Positions 48,475-57,683 of a stretch of 64,000 nt of DNA are shown in pieces. The number at the start of each line of letters is the position of its first letter. Positions within the stretch are counted from its first letter, which is position 1. The translations under genes were made by a program, and so were the position numbers. This stretch comes from an uncultured Chloroflexia bacterium (GTDB taxonomy: Bacteria; Chloroflexota; Limnocylindria; Limnocylindrales; CSP1-4): assembly GCA_963713975.1 (NCBI GenBank), contig OY970218.1, positions 2,336,001 through 2,400,000 of the forward strand, given 5' to 3'. The notes beneath the pieces were generated by a model. The model was not told the DNA's origin and did no database searches. It saw only the letters and a list, made by a program, of their open reading frames with translations.

Positions 48475-49800
48475 ATGACGTTCCAGGGAGATCCGTACCG
48501 GACGCTCGGCGTGGCGCCCGGTGCCTCCCTGAACGAGATCCGGTCGGCCTACAGACGGCTCGCGAAGACGTACCACCCGGACGCGGCCGGCGAGCGGGCG
48601 CTGCCGCGCTTCCTCGCCATCCAGGCTGCCTACGAGCGCCTGGTGGACGCCGACGGGCGGCTGCGACCCCCTGGCAGCTGGGGATCCGACGGCAGCCGGC
48701 CAGCCGGAACGCCTTCGCGAGCGGACCCTGCGAGGGCGCGCGCGTCTCGTGACGCCTGGCGTGCACGGCGGACCGCCGGCGGTCCGGCTGGCGGCGGGGC
48801 GGCCGACGCCGCCGGATCGGGCACCGCCGGAGCGGCCGGCCGGGAGCGGAGGACCGGGCAGGGTAGGGGGTCGGCGTCGGGTGGCGCGGGCTCGGGGGCC
48901 TCGGGTCCCGGCGGCGCCGACCGGCACCATCACCGGCGAGGTCCGCGCAAGGCCACACCGGGCTCCACCACGTACGACGAGGCGGCCACGCCGCTCGATC
49001 CGGACTGGGACGGTGGCGCCTGGTACGGGCCGTCATCGGGAACCTACTGGACGATCAATCCGCGGGAGTACGCCGATCCCCGCAAGCACGGCCCCGAGTA
49101 CCTCGCGCGCGCCCGCTGGAGAGGAATGGATGCAACGGGCGCGGACGCCACGGGGCCGGACACCACGGCGACGGACGGCGGAGCGGAGTGGGGGACCCGG
49201 GCGTGGACTTTCGACGATCGCGCCGACGCGGGGCCCACCTGGGCGCCTCGGGCGGACGCGGGCGCCCGCCGGACCGGGCCAGTCGCACCTGGCGCGTCGG
49301 GCGGGCCGGCAGCCGCCGACCCGGCGACCGCCCCGGCGCCAATGCCGGACATCGAATCCCTGGCTCGTCGGGCGGACCCCGCAAACCTCCTCGCGCTCGC
49401 CCGGCGCCCCGGCCGCCGCTGGCGGCTGGTCATCGCGGGCATCGCCTGGCCGCCAATCGGCTACGCCCTGGGCACCCTGCTCGCGGTCATCACCGGATGT
49501 GCCAGCTTCTCCGCGTCCTGTCCCGAGCACCTTCCCACCGTGCTCCTGCTGGCACAGCCACTCGTGCTCGCCGGGCTCTATGCGGTACCCGTGGTTGCGG
49601 CGGCCTCGGCCTTCGCCACCATCGTCGCGATCGTGGTCGCCGTCCCGGCGGCGGCCGTCCTCTCTGTAGGGTCGCTGCCGCGCACGGAGGTCGAGGCGAC
49701 CGTGCTGGGCGCGCTGGTGGTCGTCGTCTACCTGCTGGCCTTTGCCGGAGCGGTGGCCCGCTTGTGGAACGGACCCGGATCGCAGGACCCCGGGCCGTAG
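48475..49800 (+). CDS. J-domain protein with central aromatic-rich domain and C-terminal TM helices
   Basis: DPY..LGV...AY.RLAK.YHPD; C-terminal hydrophobic helices. Confidence 0.85.
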   Translation: MTFQGDPYRTLGVAPGASLNEIRSAYRRLAKTYHPDAAGERALPRFLAIQAAYERLVDADGRLRPPGSWGSDGSRPAGTPSRADPARARASRDAWRARRTAGGPAGGGAADAAGSGTAGAAGRERRTGQGRGSASGGAGSGASGPGGADRHHHRRGPRKATPGSTTYDEAATPLDPDWDGGAWYGPSSGTYWTINPREYADPRKHGPEYLARARWRGMDATGADATGPDTTATDGGAEWGTRAWTFDDRADAGPTWAPRADAGARRTGPVAPGASGGPAAADPATAPAPMPDIESLARRADPANLLALARRPGRRWRLVIAGIAWPPIGYALGTLLAVITGCASFSASCPEHLPTVLLLAQPLVLAGLYAVPVVAAASAFATIVAIVVAVPAAAVLSVGSLPRTEVEATVLGALVVVVYLLAFAGAVARLWNGPGSQDPGP

Positions 49801-49809
49801 ACTGGCGCC

Positions 49810-50538
49810 ATGCGCCGAACCGACAGCGCCGACATCTCCGCGGCTGCCCAGGAGTACCTCCTCGCCCTCCGGGTCATGGGATCGGAGGGGCGGGTGGCCA
49901 CCTCCGCCCAGCTCGGTCGGCACGTCGGGGTGTCTACTCAGGCCGCCAGCGAGATGTGCCGTCGGCTTGCCTCGGACGGGCTCCTCGAGCCCGCCACCGG
50001 CCGTGGCCTGGCCCTCACCACGGCCGGCCGGACCGCCGCCGATGCCATCTTCCGCCGCCACGCGCTGCTCGAGTGGCTGCTCACGTCGGTGGTGGGCCTG
50101 TCCTGGGCGGAGAGCGACGTGGAGGCGATGCGTCTCCAGGGGGCACTGTCGCCCCGCGTGGAGTCACGGCTGGACGAGCTGCTGGGGCACCCGGAGACGT
50201 GCCCGCACGGCAATCCGATCGACCTCGAGACCGCTAGGCGGCGCCCCGCGGGACTGCCGCTCTCCGAGCTGGAGTCCGGCACCAGGGCCACCGTCCTGCG
50301 CATCACCGAGGAGGCCGAGGAGGACCCGGGCCTGCTCTCCTACCTCGAGGCGCGGGCGCTGACGCCGGGCGCCCATGTCACGATCCTGGCGCGCTCGGAG
50401 TCGCTGGACTCGCTCACGCTGGACGGGCCGCGCGGGCGCGCGACGCTCGGACTCCGGCCCGCAGCCCTGATCCGGGTGCTGCCCGGGGAGGCCGATCCCG
50501 CGCTGTTCCACCAGGTGCCCGCGCCGCTCGGGACCTGA
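49810..50538 (+). CDS. DtxR/MntR-family regulator with FeoA (SH3) domain; metal ligands altered
   Basis: EYL, LT..GR, RRH..LE, CPHGNPI; C-terminal LTPGA.V. Confidence 0.88.
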   Translation: MRRTDSADISAAAQEYLLALRVMGSEGRVATSAQLGRHVGVSTQAASEMCRRLASDGLLEPATGRGLALTTAGRTAADAIFRRHALLEWLLTSVVGLSWAESDVEAMRLQGALSPRVESRLDELLGHPETCPHGNPIDLETARRRPAGLPLSELESGTRATVLRITEEAEEDPGLLSYLEARALTPGAHVTILARSESLDSLTLDGPRGRATLGLRPAALIRVLPGEADPALFHQVPAPLGT

Positions 50539-50618
50539 CCGTCCACTTGCGCGCTGTCCACCACCGGGCGGATCGAGCCCAGGTCGGGCATCCCGACGGC
50601 GCCCCCTACAATCCGGGC

Positions 50619-52115
50619 ATGCCATCCGACATCCGCGTCCGCATCGCGCCCAGCCCGACCGGACCCCTGCACATCGGGACAGCGCGGACGGCGCTGTTCA
50701 ACTACCTGCTCGCAAGGCACACCGGCGGCACCTTCGTCCTCCGCCTCGAGGACACGGACGTCGCCCGCAGCACGGCGGCGTTCGAGAAGGACATCCTCGA
50801 CGGCCTCCACTGGCTGGGCATCACGTGGGACGAGGGCCCCGGTGTGGACGGCCAGGAGGAAGCTGGCCCGTACGCGCCGTATCGCCAGATGGCCCGCCTT
50901 GACGACTACCGGGCAGCCGCCGAGCAGCTGCTGGCGGGCGATCGCGCCTATCCCTGCTACTGCACCCCCGAGGAGCTCGAGGCGGACCGCAAGGCGCAAG
51001 AGGCGGCGAAGCTGCCGGCGCGCTACCTGGGACGCTGCGCGACGCTGACCTCCGAGGAGCGGGCGGCGAAGGCCGCGGAGGGCCGCCGCGGCGCCCTGCG
51101 CTTCCGGGTCCGGCCGGGCATCGTGGGCTGGGACGACCTGGTCCGCGACCGCGTCGAGATCGACACCGCCAACCTCGGCGGCGACTTCGTGATCGTGCGC
51201 GGCGATGGCAATCCGCTCTACCACTTCACCGTGGTGGTCGATGACATGGCGATGCGCATCAGCCACGTCATCCGTGGCGAGGACCACGTCAGCAACACGC
51301 CCAAGCACATCCTGCTGTTCGAGGCGCTTGGCTACCCACTGCCCGCCTTCGCCCACCTCCCGCTCATCCTCAACCCGGACGGGACCAAGATGAGCAAGCG
51401 CAAGAGCCAGACTGCGGTCGCGGACTACGCGGCCCAGGGATTCCTGCGCGAGGCCCTGGTCAACTACTTCTCGTTCCTCGGCTGGTCGCCGGGCACGGAG
51501 GAGGACGTGCTCACGATCGAGGAGATCGTGCAGCGGTTCGACCTGGGCAAGGTCCAGAAGGGCGGCGCCCGCTTCGACCGGGAGCGCCTGGAGTGGCTCA
51601 ACGGGCAGTGGATCCGACGCCTTGACGATGACGACCTGGTGGAGCGGCTGATGCCCTTCCTGGAGGCGTCGCACGTTGCTGGCGAGATCGGGCGGCTGCC
51701 GTCCCGCGAGGACGTCCGCTCGCTGCTGCCGATCGTCCGCGAGCGCATCGCGACCCTCGCGGCCCTGCCGGACGCCGTGGGCTTCCTCTGGACTGACGAC
51801 CTCGAGGTGGAACCGACCGCGATCATCCCGAAGCGCTGGGACGCGGCAACGACGCGGGACGGCCTCAGCGCTGCGCGCGACGTGCTTGCCGCGCACGACG
51901 ACGTCACCTGGCAGGCAGAGGAGCTGGAGCCGCCGCTGCGCGCCCTCGTCGAGGCGCGCGGCTGGAAGGCCGGCGACCTGTTCATGGCCATCCGCGTTGC
52001 CGCGACGGGGAAGACGGCCACGCCGCCCCTGTTCGACACGCTCGTGGCACTCGGCCGCGACCGAACGCTGGCCCGCCTGGACGCCGCGGTCGCGCTTCTC
52101 GCCGCGTCGGCCTGA
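50619..52115 (+). CDS. gltX: Glutamate--tRNA ligase
   Basis: RIAPSPTG.LHIG, RLEDTD, IRGEDH, KMSKR. Confidence 0.97.
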   Translation: MPSDIRVRIAPSPTGPLHIGTARTALFNYLLARHTGGTFVLRLEDTDVARSTAAFEKDILDGLHWLGITWDEGPGVDGQEEAGPYAPYRQMARLDDYRAAAEQLLAGDRAYPCYCTPEELEADRKAQEAAKLPARYLGRCATLTSEERAAKAAEGRRGALRFRVRPGIVGWDDLVRDRVEIDTANLGGDFVIVRGDGNPLYHFTVVVDDMAMRISHVIRGEDHVSNTPKHILLFEALGYPLPAFAHLPLILNPDGTKMSKRKSQTAVADYAAQGFLREALVNYFSFLGWSPGTEEDVLTIEEIVQRFDLGKVQKGGARFDRERLEWLNGQWIRRLDDDDLVERLMPFLEASHVAGEIGRLPSREDVRSLLPIVRERIATLAALPDAVGFLWTDDLEVEPTAIIPKRWDAATTRDGLSAARDVLAAHDDVTWQAEELEPPLRALVEARGWKAGDLFMAIRVAATGKTATPPLFDTLVALGRDRTLARLDAAVALLAASA

Positions 52116-52166
52116 GCATCTCGACGGTGACCGGGAGCGCGGCGCCATCCGGTGGCGGAACAGGAC

Positions 52167-52199
52167 ATGAACGCCCCGTGAACACGGCGTTAACGCGCC
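52167..52199. promoter_or_regulatory. Three 11-bp direct repeats (PHO-box-like)
   Basis: ATGAACGCCCC/GTGAACACGGC/GTTAACGCGCC immediately upstream of the response regulator. Confidence 0.7.
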
Positions 52200-52219
52200 G
52201 GCCCGACGATCAAGGGCAC

Positions 52220-52912
52220 ATGGCCCGCACGATCCTCGTCGTGGACGACGAGACGACGCTCCGCGAGACCCTCGTCGAGGCGCTCGAGCTCGAGGGGTAT
52301 CGTGCGATTCCCGCGGCCGACGGACGGGAGGCCCTGGTCACCTTCCGGGCGGAACACCCGGACCTTGTCCTGCTCGACCTGATGCTGCCCGAGCTGTCAG
52401 GCGTCGAGGTCTGCCGGATCCTGCGAGCCGAATCGGCCGTCCCGATCATCATGCTGACGGCCCGCGACGGCGAGGTGGACAAGGTGGTCGGCCTCGAGCT
52501 CGGTGCCGACGACTACGTCACCAAGCCGTTCAGCCTCCGGGAGCTGACCGCCCGGATCCGCGCGATCTTCCGCAGGGCCGAGCAGGCTGCGGCAACCCAG
52601 GCCCAGCCGGTGATCGACCTCGGAACGGTCCAGGTGGACCTCGCCGGCCACCGCGTGCTGCGCGACGGGCAGGCCGTGCCGCTCAAGCCCAAGGCCTTCG
52701 AGCTGCTCGCGTTCCTGGTGCGCAACCCAGGCCAGGTCTTCACCCGCGAGCAGCTCCTGGAGCGGGTCTGGGGCTACGACTACGCGGGCGAGACCCGCAC
52801 GGTCGACGTCCACGTCCACTGGCTGCGGGCCGAGCTGGAGGAGGATCCAGCGGCGCCGCAGTTCCTGCACACCGTCCGCGGCGTGGGCTACGTGTTCCGC
52901 CGCCCGGGCTGA
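52220..52912 (+). CDS. OmpR/PhoB-family response regulator (PhoP/RegX3-like)
   Basis: VVDD, LDLMLP, GADDYVTKPF, RTVDVH, TVRGVGY. Confidence 0.93.
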   Translation: MARTILVVDDETTLRETLVEALELEGYRAIPAADGREALVTFRAEHPDLVLLDLMLPELSGVEVCRILRAESAVPIIMLTARDGEVDKVVGLELGADDYVTKPFSLRELTARIRAIFRRAEQAAATQAQPVIDLGTVQVDLAGHRVLRDGQAVPLKPKAFELLAFLVRNPGQVFTREQLLERVWGYDYAGETRTVDVHVHWLRAELEEDPAAPQFLHTVRGVGYVFRRPG

Positions 52913-52937
52913 TCGGCCCACGACCCATCCGGATCGG

Positions 52938-53552
52938 TCAGGCGTTCTTGGCGATGATCCGCTCGATGACCTCGCCCGCGTCCTCGGCGGCGTCGATCGT
53001 GTTCTCCAGCGCGAGGTAGACGTCGCGCCATTTGATGACCTCGATTGCCTCGACCCGGTCGCGGAACAGGCGGGCCACTGCCGCCCGGGACAGGCCGTCC
53101 GCCTCGTTCTCGAGGTCGTGGATCTGCTTGAGGTTGGGCTCGATGCCCTTCATCCCGTCGAGCTTGCCGACCGCCTCGTTGAGCTGGTTGGCCTGGGCCG
53201 CGAGGATGCCTGCCAGGTGGCGAGCGTCATCCGTTGGCGCCTTGACGTCGTAGATGACGAACGTCTCGGCGATCTCCTGGATCCCGTCCAGCACGTCATC
53301 GAGGCGGGACACCAGGTCGTGGATGTCCTCGCGGTCGAACGGCGTGATGAACGCGCGGTCGAGACGGACCTCGACCTCGGTGTCGATCTCGTCGCCGCGA
53401 TGCTCGAGGGCGCGAATCTCCGCCACGCGCTCGTCCAGCCGGTCATAGACGCCGATCATGTCCTCGAGCTTGCGGGCCGCTTCGAGCAGGACCTGGGCGT
53501 CCTCGACGAACAGGTCCTGGAACCGCTCGTCCTTGGGGATCAGTCGCACCAT
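52938..53552 (-). CDS. DUF47 PhoU-like Pit accessory protein
   Basis: EH.GD, FITPFDRED, LENEAD, IKW..Y..LE. Confidence 0.92.
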   Translation of the reverse strand: MVRLIPKDERFQDLFVEDAQVLLEAARKLEDMIGVYDRLDERVAEIRALEHRGDEIDTEVEVRLDRAFITPFDREDIHDLVSRLDDVLDGIQEIAETFVIYDVKAPTDDARHLAGILAAQANQLNEAVGKLDGMKGIEPNLKQIHDLENEADGLSRAAVARLFRDRVEAIEVIKWRDVYLALENTIDAAEDAGEVIERIIAKNA

Positions 53553-53619
53553 CGGGGTTCCTTTCGCTGGTTCGTGGCGGGCAAGGTGTCGGGGTGCGGC
53601 CGCCGGCCGCCGATGACGT

Positions 53620-54624
53620 TCACCTGAGGCCGATTGCGTTGAGGATGTACCAGGCCAGGGCGCCGACGGTCATGGTCGCGGGGAAGGTGAGGACCCAGGC
53701 GCCGAAGATGTTCCGGGCGACGCCCCAGCGGACGCCCTTGCGGCCCTTGCTCGAGCCGACGCCCATGATCGCGCTCGAGATCACGTGCGTGGTCGAGACC
53801 GGCATGCCGAAGTGGGCCGCGCCGTAGATAACGGTCGCGGCGGTCGTCTCCGCGGCGAATCCGTGAATGGGCTCCAGCTCCACGACCTTGTGGCCCATCG
53901 TGTGCATGATCCGCCAGCCGCCCGCCGCGGTACCAAGGCTGATCGCCGTCGCCGAGATGACGATCACCTCCCACGGGATCGTGTCGGCGTTGGGGAGGAC
54001 GCCTCCGGCGACCAGGGCGAGGGTGATGATGCCCATCGTCTTCTGGGCATCGTTGGAGCCGTGGGCGAAGGCCATGAAGCCGGCCGAGACCACCTGGGCC
54101 CTCCGGAACCCCTTGGCAAGGGGGCGGCGCTGCACACGTCGGAAGGCCCAGTAGAGCGTGACCATCAGCACGAGAGCCATGGAGAAGCCGATGATCGGCG
54201 ACGTGACCAGGGGCACGATGACCTTGCTCCAGATCCCCGGCAGGTTCAGCTCGTCCCAACCCGCGCCGACGATCGTCGCCCCCAGCAGCCCGCCGATGAG
54301 GGCGTGGCTACTCGAGCTCGGCAGGCCGAGCCGCCAGGTGATGAGGTTCCACGTGATCGCCCCGATCAGGGCGGCAGCGACGATCGCCTGTGTCGTGCTG
54401 GCTTCGTTCACGAGGCCCGCGCCGATCGTCTTGGCCACGGCGGTGCCCGCGAACGCACCGATGAAGTTGAACGCGGCCGCCATCGCGATGGCGTACTGGG
54501 GTCGGAGCGCCTTGGTCGCGACGGAGGTGGCGATCGCGTTGGCGGTGTCGTGGAAGCCGTTGACATAGTCGAAGGCAACGGCGAGGCCGATAACGATGAC
54601 GAGCGTGAGCGTGATGCCTTCCAC
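53620..54624 (-). CDS. pit: Inorganic phosphate transporter (Pit family)
   Basis: NGFHDTANAIA, PSSSSH, HGSNDAQK, PVSTTH. Confidence 0.95.
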   Translation of the reverse strand: MEGITLTLVIVIGLAVAFDYVNGFHDTANAIATSVATKALRPQYAIAMAAAFNFIGAFAGTAVAKTIGAGLVNEASTTQAIVAAALIGAITWNLITWRLGLPSSSSHALIGGLLGATIVGAGWDELNLPGIWSKVIVPLVTSPIIGFSMALVLMVTLYWAFRRVQRRPLAKGFRRAQVVSAGFMAFAHGSNDAQKTMGIITLALVAGGVLPNADTIPWEVIVISATAISLGTAAGGWRIMHTMGHKVVELEPIHGFAAETTAATVIYGAAHFGMPVSTTHVISSAIMGVGSSKGRKGVRWGVARNIFGAWVLTFPATMTVGALAWYILNAIGLR

Positions 54625-54798
54625 GGCTCCGGTGCGCCTCGAATGCGGGTGTGGGCGGTGGGACGAGGCGAGCGGTCGTCGCGGTCTGATCTGATCCCCG
54701 GCTTGCCGCCCCTCAGCATACCGGCTTCGGGCCCCCTACCCGTCGGACGAATCGAATAAGGACAGAGGCGATCCGCGGCGACCGGTAGACTTCCGGCC

Positions 54799-56517
54799 AT
54801 GCGCCTTTCCCACCTGTTCTTCACCACGCTCCGCGACGACCCCTCCGAAGCGGAGATGCCATCCCACCGCCTGCTCCTGCGCGCCGGCTACGTGCGCCAA
54901 CTGGGCGCTGGCATCTACTCGCTGCTCCCGCTCGGGTTCCGCGTCAACAAGCGAGTGGAACAGGTGATCCGCGAGGAGCTCAACGCCATCGGCGGCCAGG
55001 AGATGGAGATGCCGGTCGTCCATCCCGCGGACCTGTGGCGCGAGACCGGCCGCTACGACGTGATCGGCCCGGAGATGGCGCGCTTCAAGGATCGCGCGGA
55101 CCGGGACATGGTCCTGGCCATGACCCACGAGGAGGTCGTGGCGGACCTGCTGCGCGACATCGTCAAGAGCTATCGCCAGCTGCCGTTCATCGTCTATCAC
55201 TTCCAGACGAAGTTCCGCGACGAGCCCCGGTCCCGTGGCGGCCTCATCCGCGTGCGCGAGTTCGTGATGAAGGACAGCTACACCTGCGATCGCGACGAGG
55301 CGGGGCTGGACACCGCCTACTGGGCTCACCACCGGGCCTACACACGCATCTTCGAGCGCCTGGGCCTGGACACCGTGGCCGTCTCCTCGGACGTCGGGAT
55401 GATGGGTGGCTCGCTTGCCCACGAGTTCATGTTCCTGAACCCGGCCGGTGAGGACGTGCTGGTCCTGTGCGAGTCGTGCGGGTACGCGGCCAACCGCCAG
55501 GTCGCCCCGACCACCGCTGCGGAGCCGGCCGCGGAGGATCTTCTCCCGGTCGAGGACGTTGCCACCCCCGACGCGACGACGATCGACGGCCTGGCCGCGT
55601 TCCTGGACATTCCCACGAGCCGCACCGCGAAGGCGACCTTCTTCGTCGCCGGTGACGGCCGCTTCGTGGTCGCGATCGTCCGCGGTGACCACGATGTCAA
55701 CGAGACCAAGCTTGTGAACGCGATCAAGGCAACCGGCGGGCTCCGCCCGGCGCAGATCGAGGAGATCAAGGCGCGCGGCATGGAGCCCGGTTACGGCTCG
55801 CCGATCGGGGCCACGGACGCCGTGGTGGTCGTGGACGCGCTGGCGGCCAGGAGCCCGAACCTGGTTGCGGGCGCCAACCGGCCCGGCTATCACCTGCGCA
55901 ACGTGAACGTGCCCCGGGACTACACGCCGGACGTGATCGCCGACCTTGCGAGCGTGCGCGATGGCGATGCCTGCCCGGAGTGCGGCGGGCCCGTGATCCT
56001 GCGCAACGGCATCGAGGTGGGCAACATCTTCAAGCTTGGGACCAAGTACACGAAGGCGCTCGGCGCCGAGTACCTGGGCGAGGACGGCGAGCGGCACCCG
56101 ATCGTCATGGGCTCCTATGGCATCGGCCTCGGGCGCAACGTCGCCTGCATCGTGGAGGCCCACCACGACGAGAAGGGCATCGCCTGGCCGGCCGAGGTTG
56201 CCCCCTACCGCGCCCACCTGGTCGCGATCGGGGCCAACAAGGATCCGCAGGTGGCCGAGACCGCCGAGCGTCTCCACGACATGGCAACGGCAGCCGGGCC
56301 GGATCACGAGATCCTGTACGACGATCGCGAGGAGTCGCCCGGCGTCAAGTTCACGGACGCGGAGCTGCTTGGGATGCCCTGGATCCTGACCGTCAGCCCG
56401 AGGTCCATCGCGGCGGGCGGCGTGGAGGTGACGCACCGCGCCACCGGCGAGCGGTCGGTCCGGCCCATCGCCGAGGTGGAGGACTTCCTGGCCGGCCGCG
56501 CCGCCACCCCGGCCTGA
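54799..56517 (+). CDS. proS: Proline--tRNA ligase with insertion (editing) domain
   Basis: SH.LL.RAG, THEE, KFRDE.R.RGGL.RVREF, GIEVGNIFKLG, MGSYGIG. Confidence 0.97.
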   Translation: MRLSHLFFTTLRDDPSEAEMPSHRLLLRAGYVRQLGAGIYSLLPLGFRVNKRVEQVIREELNAIGGQEMEMPVVHPADLWRETGRYDVIGPEMARFKDRADRDMVLAMTHEEVVADLLRDIVKSYRQLPFIVYHFQTKFRDEPRSRGGLIRVREFVMKDSYTCDRDEAGLDTAYWAHHRAYTRIFERLGLDTVAVSSDVGMMGGSLAHEFMFLNPAGEDVLVLCESCGYAANRQVAPTTAAEPAAEDLLPVEDVATPDATTIDGLAAFLDIPTSRTAKATFFVAGDGRFVVAIVRGDHDVNETKLVNAIKATGGLRPAQIEEIKARGMEPGYGSPIGATDAVVVVDALAARSPNLVAGANRPGYHLRNVNVPRDYTPDVIADLASVRDGDACPECGGPVILRNGIEVGNIFKLGTKYTKALGAEYLGEDGERHPIVMGSYGIGLGRNVACIVEAHHDEKGIAWPAEVAPYRAHLVAIGANKDPQVAETAERLHDMATAAGPDHEILYDDREESPGVKFTDAELLGMPWILTVSPRSIAAGGVEVTHRATGERSVRPIAEVEDFLAGRAATPA

Positions 56518-56535
56518 CCCGGACGGCGATCGGCC

Positions 56536-57657
56536 GTGCCCGGCCCGCTGGTCCCCGTGGACGATCTGTACGCACGTCTCGAGGTTGCGACGGACGCCTC
56601 CCCGGAGGCCATCGAGCTCGCCTGGCGTGCGCTGCTCAAGCGTCATCACCCCGACGTCGCCGGTGACGATGACGCCGCCCTGGAGCGGGCCAAGCGCATC
56701 AACGTCGCCCACGACTGGCTGAGCGACCCCGACCTCCGGGCGAGGTACGACGGGGACCGACTCGGCCTGGCACCGCTGCCGTCCGGCAGGGCCCGCCGGC
56801 CTGGCTATCGCCCCCGGGTGTCACGGACGCCGTGGGCCGGCCAGCCGGGGCCGCGGGCCACGGCGCGTCCGGGCGACCGGCGTTCGACTCGCCCGGACCT
56901 GGTCCGCGGCGAGCCGGCCGAGCGCCTCGCGCGGTTCCTCGCCCACGTCGAACAGCTCACGCCGGACGAGTTGGACCGCCTGTGCGCCGCCGAGCCGCCG
57001 CCGATCGCCTTCCTGGCCACGATCCGCCGGTTCCTGCCGCCCGATGCGCTGGCTTCGTTCGCGGCCGCTGAGGCGGAGCTCGTCCGACGCGTCCCACCGG
57101 ACCGCTGGTCCGAGGTGGGCCTGCGCGAGGGGCTGCTGGGCGTCGCCGCGGAGCTGGTCCTCGCGACGTTCCTCGATGACCTGCTGGCCGAGCCCTTCAG
57201 GGGGCGTGCCAGGGAGCGGCTGCTGCGCGCCTGGGAGGCGTCGGTGGACCAGCCGCGCCATGGTCCCAACGGTGACCAGGTCGCCGCCCTCCGTGATCGG
57301 GCCGCCGTGATGACACGGGCGGAGCTGGCGGCGCTGATCCAGGCCTCGCACGGGATCGTGGGGGACGACCGGCCGTGGCCCGAGGCGCTCGATCGCGACG
57401 AGGACGAGGCGCTGCGCATCTCGGCCCTCCTGGCCGCCAGGGACGTCGCGGCCGCCGTCCCGGTGGAGGGGCTCGCGCCGGCGGTGGCGGCCCGCGTCCG
57501 GCGCCTGGCCGCCCGCGCTGGCCACGTGACCGCCCTGCGCCATGCATTCGATGCCCCGATCTTCGCGGCGCTGCTCGCTCCGTGGGCGGCCGCGACGGGT
57601 ATGGACATCGGCGGCCTCCGCGGCCCGGCAGGACCCGGCGTCCGGCGCGCGCGCTGA
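56536..57657 (+). CDS. J-domain protein with duplicated helical C-terminal domain
   Basis: DLY..LEV...HHPD...INVAH..LSDP..R..YD. Confidence 0.85.
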   Translation: MPGPLVPVDDLYARLEVATDASPEAIELAWRALLKRHHPDVAGDDDAALERAKRINVAHDWLSDPDLRARYDGDRLGLAPLPSGRARRPGYRPRVSRTPWAGQPGPRATARPGDRRSTRPDLVRGEPAERLARFLAHVEQLTPDELDRLCAAEPPPIAFLATIRRFLPPDALASFAAAEAELVRRVPPDRWSEVGLREGLLGVAAELVLATFLDDLLAEPFRGRARERLLRAWEASVDQPRHGPNGDQVAALRDRAAVMTRAELAALIQASHGIVGDDRPWPEALDRDEDEALRISALLAARDVAAAVPVEGLAPAVAARVRRLAARAGHVTALRHAFDAPIFAALLAPWAAATGMDIGGLRGPAGPGVRRAR

Positions 57658-57683
57658 CGGCGGCCTGTGCGATGCTCGCCGGC

